From assembly GCA_964199315.1 (NCBI GenBank), contig OZ116707.1, positions 6,634,001 to 6,698,000 of the forward strand: DNA of 64,000 nt. Reading direction: 5' to 3'. Shown here in pieces: positions 9,425 through 23,189 of the stretch. A program made the translations under genes and the position numbers. The notes below the pieces were generated by a model, which had not been told where the DNA came from, did not search any database, and saw only the letters and a program-made list of their open reading frames with translations. Source of the stretch: Orbicella franksi. Lineage: Eukaryota. The stretch's first letter is position 1. The number at the start of each line of letters is the position of its first letter.

Positions 9425-12400
9425 CTCAGAGAATAAAACTACGCATAACTACCCTGGTTCGTATTCACTGCCTTATTCCCTGAGGGCGGGGGAAGGGGAT
9501 GAGTGGTGGAAATGAGGGACTTTTTTTGCTTTTATAATTGAAGTGTAATGTTTCTCATATTTCTAGTATTGAGTTACATTTACCATGATACCAACTATTA
9601 GTTTACACTGCATGGTTTATCATATATGGGCCTGTATTTTACTCATCTGTCAACAGTAGTGGGATGTAAAGTAGGTACCATGATTTTTCCTACCAATTTT
9701 GATAAGCCTTTTCCAAACTTAAAAGGTACAGACCTAATGCCTCAGAGGAAATATTTTGTTGGGTGTGGAAAGTCAGACAGATTTTTCAATTACATGTCAC
9801 GTCCTGAAGGAAAACGTCAATCAGGAAATTTTCATGGACCTCTACGATATCTCTGATTGATGGAAAAAACATTTTTTCAGTGTACCACGATTAGCAAATC
9901 AGAAGTTTGTCGGAGGCAAATTTTGTCAAGATTTAGTAGAGCGAAACAAATTTTGTCAGCTTAGTGCGTATGAGCCTTACGAAACATCAGTAGTACACCA
10001 AAGTATCAGGAATGAGACATAAATCATCAATGCTCTACAGGCTTTTTCACGAATTGGCTACTGGCGAATTCAAAAATTCATCTGCATTCTCTTTCCTTTC
10101 TATCCTTCCACGCCGAGCTTTTTGATCGGATCACATTTGAAACCACTCAGTTCGCCATGCTGAATTAAGTTGAGTGCAACAACTCGACATTTGAAACCGT
10201 TCCTTGTCATGCCACTGCTGGGTTCTTTTGACATGTATTGAGTTTGGCACAGCAGTGGCACAGCAATAGCATGGCCTTAGCTCCCAAGAAAAATGACTTT
10301 GCTCCATGCTTTAAAGTGCAACACTGACTACTTCCAGCTCATTCTTCACTGGGAGCGATCTATACTCTGGAGGGAGATAAGGGGAAAGTTTGGGCAAGAG
10401 AAGTGACTCTTTGGCAAGAAATTCCTATACATAAGGAATCTACTTACCAGACACAGTAATTCAGTCCAGCATTGGAGAATTGGAAAATTTAAAATGAAAC
10501 ATTGCAATTTTAACAGCTATCTAAAAACCAACTGTTGAATAAATTTTCAGCCACAGGCAGATAATGTTTCCTGAATCAAGGAGCAAAGTGTCAGCCCAAA
10601 TAACCAATTACTGTTCAGCATTCATTTTAGCACGTAAGTCATTAAAAGTGGCATCAGTTTTCTTGTCGGTATGCTTGCAACATTACCTACATGCATACGA
10701 ATTGGAGCAGCGTGCCTTTTAGTGTGCTTTCATGTTAGCGAAGTTACTTAAAAGATTGAAGCTGTGTGTGTGCAAAAATGAGTCATAGCAATTGCACATT
10801 CCAAAGGACTGTTTTTTTTTGGAAAAAGACTTAATGCGGTTCTGACTAAAACAGAAATGAGTAGGCTTTCAAATGCCACGCATGTTGCGGAGATCGCATA
10901 CACAAAGAACAACACCGGCTCTGAGATCCGCGACATCATTATCTGAGCTTTTCCATCACTGGCTGGGAAAGACCTTAGTGGGTGAGTTTGATGTTTGCTA
11001 GATTAACTAGCTCTGGATGTGTTATATCTGTTTGAAACTACTTCACAGTGATTATTAACACAGTACTATGCAATAACATCGCTCCTGCAAATAGTCACGC
11101 TTCACTTCACTCCATACCATCTTTTTAACATACAGTTGGGGCCCCGCTATTTCAAACTCTCAGGGGAAATAATAGTTTGAAACAGTCAATAGTAAATGAC
11201 TCAAGGGCAAGTCTAAGGGAAATTGTCTTGATTTTGAATTAACAGGGAATTCAAAAGAACCAAGTTTGAATTACTGGGGTGCAACCATATGGTGTTTTGT
11301 GGCTTCTTTAACACAGAAAAAAAGAAAGCTGAAGGGTTATTTTGTGGAATGTCGAAAATTAAGACTAATCGTGATTAAACAGCATTTAAAGGAATTGTGT
11401 TTTTTAAAAATGCAATAGCTTCAGTTCAGTGAAATTTTTACTTATCAAAGTAGATCGTATGTTCCCGCCAGCAGCACAAACATTAATGAAACATGCAAGA
11501 AAAGGCTTCAAGCATGTTGTAACAGTCCCAGCAAACAGCACTTAATATATTCAGGAGAATGCTTTCTTTAAATAAAGGCAACGTTCCTTGTAATCTCTTT
11601 GTTTTGATGGGAGGTGGGGAGCGGCTTAGCAGGACGTGATGTTGTGTGACAGAGCTTTGGGAGCATGAGTAGTCTGAGAAGTATACTTTTTTGAATAAAG
11701 GCAGTCATGCTATATTTGATATACAGTATTCCCTAGCTGAATCCTTACCGCTGCGCCACCCTGTAATAATGAATTTGTGATGAGGTAATACAGCTATTAA
11801 TTCATCGAAACCCTTCAAGCTTGCAACTCACACTTGTAAAAAAGTTCCCTCCTTTAAACGTTTACAGTATATTTTCATGCTTTTACAAATTTTGGTTGTA
11901 GCCCCATAAGATAATGGCAATCATTTAATATAAAACTACAGTACACTGTTATGAAAACATTAAATTATTCACTTCACAAAAACATGCAAACTACCGTTAT
12001 TAATTTCTTTTTAAGTCTTGAACTTTCAAGCACCATTTTATATTACAGTACAGGGAAATCACCAGGTATAGCTAGTGCACTGACTGTGTACTCAATATAT
12101 TTATTCAATCAGTATAGAATTATCTGCATCCTATGAGTGAGGGCATGTCATGAAGTAGGTGGCAACTGGCATGCAAAATGAAGAGCAGATAATGAACCTC
12201 TTCTGTGGTTACAGAAAAGATAAGATTTTCCTGTTGCTACCAAATCCAGGTTTGTAGAAGCTTTTATTCTTATAAGATAAATATTGACTGATTTCAGTTG
12301 TAGCATAGTTACTTTGGGTTTTGTAGAGATGCACTTGTTCTGATTGGTTGAAGACTGCATCCCATCTCACATCTCACATTTTAGAACACTGAAGCACTAT

Positions 12401-12730
12401 ACCTTATCTCCAAAATGGTTGGCTAAAAATGTTTTTCAACTGTCTGAATGGTGATCTGATAAGATTCACTGTGTCTAGGGCAACTATGTGTAGCTGTTGA
12501 ATAAAAACTATGTTAGATAAACATTATATGTAGAGTTAGTCCTGAGGTAAATCCAAGAGCACTGATTGGTTCTTTCCTTCTAGATTTTGCCAAATGGATT
12601 GTTTCCATTCCTGAAAACAGTAATAAGCCATGTATTTCTGGTTTTCAAAAACCAACTAAATTCAAAAATGTGCCAGATCCATACTGGAAAGGCCCAGTGC
12701 CAATGTTATGTATGAGATATATTTTTTAAT

Positions 12731-15537
12731 TTGGATATTTTTTCTTTTGTTGCAACAACAACAACCTCAGCTATAACCTCGCCTCCTGCCACACAGCCAT
12801 CTACATCTGGATCCCCATCTGGACCCCCAACCACACAATCATCCATACAACCATCCATATCTGGATCGTCATCTACACTACCAGCTACACAACCATCCAT
12901 ATCTCGATCCTCATCTACACTACCAGCCACACAACCATCCATATCTGCATCCTTGTCCACAGCACCCCCAGCCACACAACCATCTACATCCATGTTCACA
13001 GCATCACCATCCATACAACCATGCACCCTTGCATCCCCATCTACACCCCCAGCCACACTGTTATCTGCCATAACAATCCCAGACACACAATCATCTTCAT
13101 CAGCACCTGTAACCCAAGCCATGCTTCCCTCCACTCCACACTTATCCATTTGACTGCACCACAAAGAAAGGGAGCTAAGAGACAAGATCTGGAACTGTCA
13201 TTCTATATTTAGATTAATATTCTATTTACTTTTCTTTCCTGACAGATGACTACATGTATACTTGCATAAGAAATGTTTAGGTTTCAAAGACTTCAGACTT
13301 TGAAAAGGATTCAGTGTTTTAGGACTGGTCATTCTTTATGGGTGGGGAAGGGACCCTTTCTAATTTTCAATTCAATTTGTTAAGTTTTGTTGGTTTGTTA
13401 TGTCCATCTGATGATAATATGGCCCAAAAAAATCTTAAAAAATGCATTTTATTAATATTTGAACATATGACACTTGAATTTTAAATAGGTATCATATTTC
13501 CCCTCTACAAATTAAATTGCTTCAATGTTTTAGCATCTACAAGACAATATATTACTGCCATGGCAAGTGCCACAGGTGTGACATTTGGTATGATCAATAC
13601 ACTATGCCTTTTTTTTGTTCTGTTTTGCTTGTTTTGTTTCTGTTGTAGATGTTGTTTGCGGGGTTTTTATTTGACCCAATTGTAATGTAGGTTAATCAAA
13701 TTGAATTTCAACAGATGACAGGTCAGATTCTTTGGATTCAAATCAGTCAAGCCGTGATCATGCGTCAAGCGACCAATTTTTTTCCAATTTATGTAATCAT
13801 TTACACAGGCTTATCTAGCTTATTCTATAAAAAATGATTGGTTTTGTCTCTTTTGCCCAGGCCAGATCAAAAGACAAACAAACAAGTGGCAATACCATCC
13901 AACTCGGAGGATGATCATGCTGATGGTGAGCAGTAAGCTTAGAGTGACTAAGTAGACACCTACAGTTATTGTTCAAGTCATCAATATCAGGTCTTTTTAA
14001 TTCAACCTATTTTATTAATTGGCCTAATATTTAGTGCAGATAATCTTATAAATGCGGGTACAATTTGAAGGGTGAGTGCAATTTGAAGGAATTTTAAAAC
14101 TTCACTTGAAGTGTAAATCCTTAGTTGCATGAGCTTTCAAACAATTACTCATTTGTTATATGACTGAATAAATCGAGAACAGGTGACTGTTACTTTGCAC
14201 TGCAGAACAAATTAAAAATTGACACTACATAGACCTGCACTAAGCCAATCACAATGATTTATTCTCTCAGTCATATAATTTTATAACAGTAATTGAACAA
14301 ATAAAGTTGAGTGCCAATTGCTTCTATGTATACCCATGAGGGGGGCTGTTTTTAAAGAAGTTAATTATGCATTCTGCATTGTGTTGACGTACAGTACCAT
14401 ATCATTAGACCACACCCAGAGAATATTTTAGTGATCCTGTATTTTGCAGCCACCTGTATACAGGTCCGACTGTACTAACAAATCATTAACAGAATTATCA
14501 ACTGAATTTGTACAGAGGACTTATATGGTGGCAAACCTACAATCAGAGGCTTATGGTTAAGGTAGAAATTAAGCACACCAATGATTATCACAAAGCAATG
14601 TGTTATTAGTACATCATGTGCTTTGAAAACAGAATAAGACCTACTATATTGATCTTCAAGCTATCTTTAGGTGTTATTTTCAATAATTGATTAGTAACAC
14701 TTCATCGCTTATAGCACTTACAGGTGAAGCTGAGGCACCAAGTCTTTGTAAGTGTTTTATTATTATTTCAGACTCAGTATGGTTCTGCAAGAAAATGTTA
14801 GATATTGCCTAGAAAGGGTGTCTATGACACATGTACCTTCATAATGTAGACAAAGACGTGGCAGACAATTGTTTCTATTTATATATGTTGTCATAGTATA
14901 ATGATGAGTGTACGGATGTTATATTATTGCAGGGGCCGCGATGGGTCCAGATGTACTTTACTTAATATGTTTTGTATTAATTGACATTTCAGATGGATAT
15001 GTCAATGATGATTTATCCACTGCAGGAGTTGACACAGGTATGCTTAGTAGTCACTAGACAGTTACAGCACATGTAAACACCAGTGCAAAAATAAGAACTA
15101 ATACCAAATTTTGGCAGGCATCATTTAGTTGCATGTGTAAATGTTGTCAAACCTAAGTCTCTAAACCTGCATATAAGTTTTTATAATTATATTCATTGCT
15201 ATTCTGTCAGTCTTTTTTAAAAAATTTCCACCTTTTTGTAGATGAGACTGTTTTAAGGACTACTGAAGTCCTTAAATGCATAGAGGCCTAGCTTGGAAGA
15301 GGGAGGACAAGATGCAACTCTTCCATTCATAACAAACACATTTCAAGAGGTAAGTTACTGATTACACACACACTACTACAGCAAGTGATTTTGAAATTTG
15401 CTATTGTCTGTATAAATTTGATTTCCATCTTACCGCTAATGAGATAAAACAATGAAGAGAAACTATTTAGTTTTACGATTTTTCTGTTTTATTTTTAGTT
15501 TACATGGCATAGTACAAAGGACTCAAAGGTCATGGAG
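12731..15537 (+). pseudogene. Multi-exon low-complexity gene, apparently inactivated, product unknown
   Basis: S/T/P-rich repeat ORF at 12731-13153. Small AG/GT-bounded exons at 13715-13745, 13861-13925, 14724-14747, 14993-15037 and 15242-15349 have compatible phases. In-frame TAG in the 15242 exon. Confidence 0.45.
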
Positions 15538-16489
15538 GCAGTGTTTCTGCCCTTAAATTGTACTCTTCCATGCAAGAGAAAATTAGTCGGGCGAGATTTC
15601 TCTCATGATCTCTTCATGATCTCTCATGAAGAGTAAAAGTAATCTACTTCAAAATGGAAAGACTGATTAATTAAGTGTGATCTAGATTACGTACCAGAGT
15701 TAGTGTGACTCCATTGTTCATTCACCTAAGTTTATGTTGTTTACTTTCAGTCTGTTGAAAAATGTGGCTAAGCAAAAAAATTGCTATTTGTGGATTTCAC
15801 AACACAAAAGCAGACATGCAGATAAAGGCATGTATGGTGACTCCTTCACATAAATAAGATAAGGATAAAGGCTATTGCTAACATGTGCATTTTGTTGCTA
15901 CAGTACTGTAGTCTTTATAAAAAAAGGTTGACAAAGAAGTGCTGTATAAACTATTTCAAAATTTTAATTGCATTATTTTGTAATTATGTTTCACTTATGA
16001 GACTTTCTACTTGCAATGAAAGTGAAATATGGGTTGAAGAACCCTAAATCCTGTGTTTTGGTACTGGCACCATGCCACAATGTGTGGAAATTTTTAATGG
16101 TTGGTAAATAATTCTGTATTGAAATGAAAAATTATCTTAGGAATGTCATGTAATTTTAGTTGTTTTACCCATTTCCAGACATTTGGTTGATTAATCAGTT
16201 GATATTAATAAATGATTGACGTGAAATTATCAATAAATATTACACCCAATTTGGGTTCAGGAAATAATTCATCTGATCATGATATCAAATCATGACATTT
16301 TGCAATAACTTAGTGAATAATTATTTTAATTCAATTGATCAAAAAGTTTTGTTTTCATAGTTAAATCACTCTCTGGCAGCTCGGGGGAAATGATCTGTAC
16401 ATGTACACACTAATTGCTCAATGGCATGTATTCAGCTAAATCAAGTGCATGCAGCCAACTTAGATATAATGATATAAACAATTTGAGTC

Positions 16490-16725
16490 CAACTTAGAAC
16501 ACGCCAGGAACATTGCATTGTGTTCTTGGGCAAGACATCTTACTTTCAAATTGCCTCTCTCCGCCCAGACACATAAATGGGTACTGGCAAATCTAATGCT
16601 GGGGGTAACCCTGGGAAGAACTAGAATTCGATTCTTGGGGATTAGAAATACTCCTAGTTGTTTCATGCTAGAGAAACTTGAACATGCTCAGGCCTGATAG
16701 GCCACTTCGCTTACATGCAGACTTG
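16490..16725 (+). mobile_element. CORE-type SINE remnant
   Basis: TGTGTTCTTGGGCAAGACATCTTACT...TGCCTCTCTCCGCCCAG...ATAAATGGG resembles the CORE-SINE central domain. No tRNA head is visible. Confidence 0.55.
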
Positions 16726-18929
16726 TCATGTTAATTACATAGGGTTTATCACAGAGCCTTTTACTAAAAAGGAGTAGAAATAGAAAAAAAAAATCAGTAA
16801 GTACATACGTGTAACTATAGATAGAGTGGTTATAAATTGAATGTTGTACAACCAAAACCAAACCAATTAGTTATCAACTAGACCGCTCAGCCAAACTCCA
16901 AACTGTGAGTAAAACCAAAACCAAAACCAAAACAAAGTAATTGCCAGTCATCAATTACCTTCAACATTCAGTAGAAACCACTCTAAGATACTGCAATAAT
17001 TAAACTAGGGAAATCGATTAAAAAATGTTCATGTAAATGAAGGATTTAAATCCTCTTCTTCTCTCAGGAGAAAGTTGGAGGAATGGTGCAAGATGTTATG
17101 CTACAATGGACCATACATTTATTAACCATACATTTATTATTTTATCATTATTTTTTGTTATGTAACAATGTCGGGGTCTAAAAAATACACTAAAATCAAA
17201 TCTGATAGGGCTCCTCAAAAATCGTCAAAACATAATTAAAAGATAGTTAAACAACAGAAGCAATTCCATGGCTATACTATAAAAGACAGTTTCCTAAAGA
17301 AATACTTCATTGCATAAGTGCTGTTTATCTGTATTTGAATTCATATCGGTTTGAATTGACAACATGTGTTATGTTGGCCAACTAATTGTCACATTCCTGT
17401 TTTTTTTTTAATGCCAATTCTGCCATATTAGATGTGTTGGTGCTTTCCAATACACATTTTCTGCACTACAGTGTATTAATCTGTCTGGTGTTTCAGGCTG
17501 TCTTATCCATTTACCTCCCGCTTATGTTTGTTTCTATGTGTTGGTAAAGTTTTTCAGATATGAGTACAGTAACTGTTTTCCTTTGAAATTAGTATCATTT
17601 TGCAATTGTTATCAATTTACTTTGCTTAATTACTGGTAAGTACTGTAATTCCGCACATAAAATCTCAGTGAGGGGAAAAGGCAAATGTTCACACTCGTAC
17701 AAGGATGTTCTATTTGTTTGCTATCTTGTAGCTAGGACAGGATTCCTTAAATGCATTGAATTATGACAAAAAAGCCACTGCCATAACAAAAATATTGTAA
17801 ATAATACATTAAAACGCCAGCTGTTACCCAGCTTGCAAACGACACTTACAATATTATTTTGCCTATGTAATTATGCAGGAGGTGTATGACTGGGCAGGAT
17901 CTCTAGATCACCTGCCCCTGCACTTTACAATACACAGATGTCAAAGAGTGGTACTACACAGTGACCAATTGCAAGGACATGAGGTCCTAGACGTGAGAGA
18001 AGGGGTAAGTGCAGCTTCCATGATTAAGCTAAGAATAAATTAACAACACCTACTTTCTTGTTAGCTCATCAGCATTTTCTATTTCATTACAGCAACTAAC
18101 TCCCCACTCATTCTTGGACCAAGAGGTAATCTCTCATTTTTCCTCTTGATATCTATAACAAGAGAAAAGTGTCTCTTATCATAACACCATGGGACAAATA
18201 TACCAAAATTAGCTCAAATCTCGTTTAAACTCTCCAGGATGAGAAAAAATGACAACATTGAATGTTCAAGAGTCTTTATTCGGTAGATCACTTGTACATT
18301 GAATGACTTAAATGTCATCTCCTAATTTCCATTCAAACTCTTTATATTTCAACCACAGTTCTCCATACAAACTCTTGACCTGTGGTTAATTCTTTTAATA
18401 TTAGGCAGCTTTTTTGGAAGAAATTTGTGAAAAACGATTTTCCCCCTTTCAGGCTTGAAGTTTATACTGAGACATGCCTGGTAGTCCCAACTGCTAAAAG
18501 ATGCTTTAAATGTTAACCACTGATGCCAAAAAATGCTATAAAAACACTTACAAATGCCTAGCAACACAAACACTAACAAAATGCCAACTAATGCTAAGAA
18601 ACGGCATCAAACCCCTCTTGCTACTCATTCTTAACTATGTTAAATTATAACTTTTTATGTGTAACTCAGACTAACTGTAGTGCTGATAATTTCACTTGTT
18701 GAAATTGAATAATTGCTGAACGTTCTCTCCTCAGCCTTTTCAACATTTTGGTGGAAATGTTCTGACTCCAACTCAGATTTGGTCAAGCTTAGGCCTCTAA
18801 TTTTGACTTCACACAATTTTGCAGTTCCCATTTCTGCTCCTTTCCATAAGTAATCTCACAGTGTACAACGCCCATGATGGGTGTGCAACACCCATTTTAA
18901 GAGGGCATCCTGTGTCCAGGAAAGACTGC

Positions 18930-21555
18930 TGCCCTCAAGACTGTACAGTTAAACTTACACTACAACGGAGCAGAGTAAAGCTAAGCACCTTGCAGAGTGA
19001 GCAGCCTGTGAAAGGAGAGTTTACAGTCACTGTAAGGAACCAGACCTGTGGAGCAGTCGCAAGATTTCTTGTGACCGGAGGAAGAATCAATTCTCCACCC
19101 CTCATCAGCAAAACCACCCTTCAAGAGCTGGGTATGTTACAGATCAGAGACGATTGCTCTTCACTGAGGGACCAATGACCTGAGAATCCAGGAAGAGCCA
19201 CCAGGCATCAAAAGTGTCAAAGAAGATAGAGATCTCACACTTGAAAGCCAGGAAATCACTGCTCAATACAGTGATGCAATTCAGGGCATCGGGAAGATCA
19301 GACATCAAGCATGGAAGAGTTCTATGCAAAGTTCAGCATGAAAAAACAAGAAGCAGTGTCCGTAGCTCAAAGACTGAGACCAGTGGCTTACTACTTGCAA
19401 GAACCATTTAAGAAATGGAGAAGAGGAGATACTCGAGGAGGTACCTGAAGGTGAAGCAGTCATGTGGTGTTCACCCTTGGTTGTTCAACGCTGTAGACGA
19501 GGAAAAACCTGAACCGCACATGATCAGCACCAGCATGGACCTCGGAGTACCAAACCAATTAATGGAAAGAAATAGGATCATCCAGGTGATGATCGTTGAA
19601 GACTTCATGTGCAAATGTCATGATTGTACTCTCTTCTTTAAACTTGACATGCGGCAGGGGTACCACCAACTCCTACTCACTCTGGAGTCCAGGAAAATTG
19701 CCATTTTCCACACCCCATGGGGGAACATGTGACTGAAACATCTGATCTTTGGAGCAAATGCATCACAAGATCTCTTTGATGAAGCTATCTACTGAATATT
19801 GTGAGACATAACAAGGTGCCTCAACCAATGGGATGATATCCCGCTAGGAGGAAGAAACATGGAGGAAGACAACGAGACATTGGAAGCAGTCCTGCAGAGA
19901 GTAGTGGATTTTGGAATCACTTTCAACCCTGACAAGTGCCACTCTGGAATCAAGGAGTTCTATGGACACAAGTTCACAAAGGACAGATTAAAGCCAAACC
20001 CAGAGAAAATCAGTACTGTAAAAGAAAGTAGCCCACCAAAATCAAAAGAAGCTGTGAGAAGTTTCCTTGGAATGACCAGATACCTAGCAAAGTTCATCTC
20101 ACGATACGCATCACTAGCCCCACCCTTGTAAAAACTGACTCATAAAGATACAAAGTTCCAATGGGGAGCAGAAGAGAATGGAGCATTTGAGAAGCTGAAA
20201 ACAAGCATAACAAGTGAAAGCACAATGGCATACTTCAACCCAGCTAGACCAATCATTGTGAGTGGAAGCCAGCTTTTATGAAGGGCTCTGAAACGGATTA
20301 TTCCAGGAGAAGGCAGTGGTCTCCAGCCAGTCCACTTCATTAGTTGCACTATGACCAACACAAGGTATAGCCAGTCAAAGAAAGATGCCCTGTCAGTACA
20401 TACAAGAACAGGTTCAGCATTTGCCTTCTCGGAGCACCAAAATTTAAGATCATCACAGCCTACAAGCCACTGATCCCACTGTTTAACAAGACAGCCATGT
20501 GACTCCCACCGAGAATCCAAAAATGGGTCATGGAAATGCTTTTATCAATATGTCAACTTCAAGCTAATTTACGAGCCCGGAAAGTCCCAGACATACCAAA
20601 GAAACCATAGGATGTCATAGCTGTCGACTTCAGTGGACCCTATTCTGATGGCCATTACAATCTAGTAGCCATAGACAAGAGAACAAGATATCCTGAGGTC
20701 GTGAAGACCCATTCAACAGCTTTTCAACCAACCAAGGAAAAGCTCAAAACATTGTTTGCCACTCATGGCACCCCAAGACAACTTCAAAGTGACATGAGAC
20801 CACCATTTAATTCCAGAGAACTTGCAGAGTTTGCTACAACAGAGGGATTTCACCATCATCAAGTTACCCAACAACATGCATGTGCTAATGGCAAGGCAGA
20901 AAGCTCCACAAAACTCAACATTGCTAATGCATTTATCCAGGACAATACCAGCAAAGAGAGGGATGCTGAGAAGAACCAACCTCGCAGGATTGGAGAGAAA
21001 TTCTGCTCAATGCCAACCCTGTCAGTCCAGGAGGAGATTATCACCAACACAGAGGAAACAGCCAAAACCTGCAGCAGTGAAAAAATGGAATAGAACAAAC
21101 CATCAGAAATCCCAGCAGCTGTAACCAGACCAAGGCATGATCAGAGACGACTGGACTGTCTGAAAGACTATGTTACCTAGACTGTACTAAGCTTATGCTC
21201 ACCAGATAGACATTATGCACCTGAAACATTTTCCATTTGAGCTTAGGACATTGGACATTTAGGACATTGTTTCCTAGTTGCATTTTTTATTTAACTTAGA
21301 GACTCTCTGGAAAAAGGGAGAAGTGTAATGTCCAGTCCAGCATTTTTCCAATTCCAGTAAAGTTTAGCTTGCACATGCACATAAGCATCGCTCTACCGTG
21401 CCATCTCATCAGATGTAGTTGGCAATGTGCTTTGTTATTGAAAAGCACTCATTTAGAGAAAGACTCGTGGTTGTCACAAAGTACTGCATATCTTTAGCTT
21501 CAATTGGATTCTTGTGTTGTCGTTTAGGATTCCTGCACTTGTAATATGATTTACA
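18930..21555 (+). mobile_element. Degenerate Gypsy LTR retrotransposon (PR-RT-RH-INT order) with candidate 3' LTR
   Basis: Protease tail PLISKTTLQELGML. RT motifs FKLDMRQGYHQ and TPWG. VRSFLGM. Integrase AVDFSGP...IDKRTRYPEV. Many stops and frameshifts. Polypurine tract AAAAAGGGAGAAG is followed by TG at 21324; possible LTR end CA at 21555. No 5' LTR found. Confidence 0.85.
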
Positions 21556-21849
21556 AATGACTTGGTGTCTTCCTCAAGTGATTGTGATACCCCCCAAAAA
21601 TGCTGTGAAAGAAAGACCGATCAAAGAGCAATTGTGTAAGGATTTTTGACGCATTAATAGACGCCTCATTCATCTCATTCAGTGAATTCTGGAAGAATCA
21701 GCAGGACTGACGTACCAATGGGAGAAGGAATTTTACAACCTCAAGGAGAGTCAAGGAAAGCAACGACGACTAGATGATCCATTACTTATGGTTTTGCAAG
21801 AGCTACACAGAAGACAGGCAAGAAATTTCCAACCTCAGGTCCACACAGG

Positions 21850-22240
21850 AAGTCGAAAAACTGGGAATTAAAGTTGTTGTACCACTGGTAATGACACACT
21901 CCTTTTGTTCAGCACCAGATGCTGCAATGGCTAACATTGTGAAAAATATCTGAAACCGAAATTGGAAGCCAGTTGTGAACGTGATGTTTTGTGCACGAAG
22001 ATCTTAAGGAGGAACTCTTGTCGTCGCTTGCCAAATGCTTGGCATGTGAAATAATGGAGTACAGCTGTAGCGAGAGCATGCTAAAATTCAGTACACCGTC
22101 AGAACTTGCATGTTTCTAATCGTAAATTGGTTCATGAAATAAAGGTGTTTTGCCCTTTGTGGTACATGTGCATTACAGGGGCCACACGTGAAATTCAATG
22201 AGAGCATAAATTCCCTGGCATTAGTGTAATCGGTGATTTG
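21850..22240 (+). pseudogene. Possible Academ transposase N-terminal relic
   Basis: Broken reading WKPVVN..., LKEELLSSLAKCLACEIMEYS...KLVHEIKVFCPLWYMCITGA...SINSLAL resembles cnidarian Academ-type proteins as I remember them. Unverified. Confidence 0.4.
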
Positions 22241-23189
22241 AGCTGTATCACCTCCTGCCTGCTTTTCTCATGGACACACTCTTAAAAGTGTTTTCCCATC
22301 CACGCAATAGTTGCCATATGGATTTGAAACATAACCCACTTCATTTTAAGTAAGAAAAAGCAATATAACAACAAAATGACAAAATGCTGTTTTTCGTTGA
22401 AACAGTCACAAAGTCACTTAGGGCTTTTTTTCCACTCACTCCTTCATTTTACAGTCGACAAAATGTACACCAAGAGTATAGGAAAGTTCAACTGTCCATC
22501 TTAACCTTCCTTTTGTTTTAAGAGATATGGATTAAGGGGGATTGTGATAAAGTTTGAAAAAAGTATTTTGAATATTTTCTTGAAACAAGCAACATTCAAG
22601 CCAATTCAATGCGAGGTGTGCCACAAATGATGGCCAAGTTATAAGGCCACCAAGTTGCAAAATATTGTATAAGATATTTGATTCCCAGTCTTTTGATAAT
22701 GTCTTTAAAGAAACTAACATCAATTTGAACATGGAGGTGACATTTGCTGGTAATCTGTCACTAGAGAACAAATCGCACGGGCAAAGCAGAGGGTACATAC
22801 TGCTGGTGAAAAGAGAAAGAGGCCATCCTCCAAGTAAACCTTTACTGTTAGATATGGAGCGTTGAAAGGAAAAAAATACAAGGGCATTACAAAAGGGATT
22901 CTTATAACATTACGCTGACAAGCGTTGACAGTTACCACTGTGATTCCCATTGTTTGGCTTGACTTTTCAAAAATCTACCTGCCCCACCCAAGGACTACGG
23001 TGTCTTTGATGTTTTGCTGATTCGCAAAGTTTTTGCCAAAGTGGAAAACGTGCATTCACACAAGGCAAAGGCCCACAATGACAAATTTCCACCACAAAGT
23101 AAACAAACTCTGGCAAAGATTTCCCAGGTGCAATCCAGACCTAAGCTGCCTCAATACTCAAAAGTCTGCAATATTCCTTAACACTTGAA

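Noticed and set aside
12706-13185. Minus-strand D/G/V-rich 159-aa ORF
   Set aside because: It is the antisense shadow of the S/T/P repeat block, and the nearby splice signals are on the plus strand.
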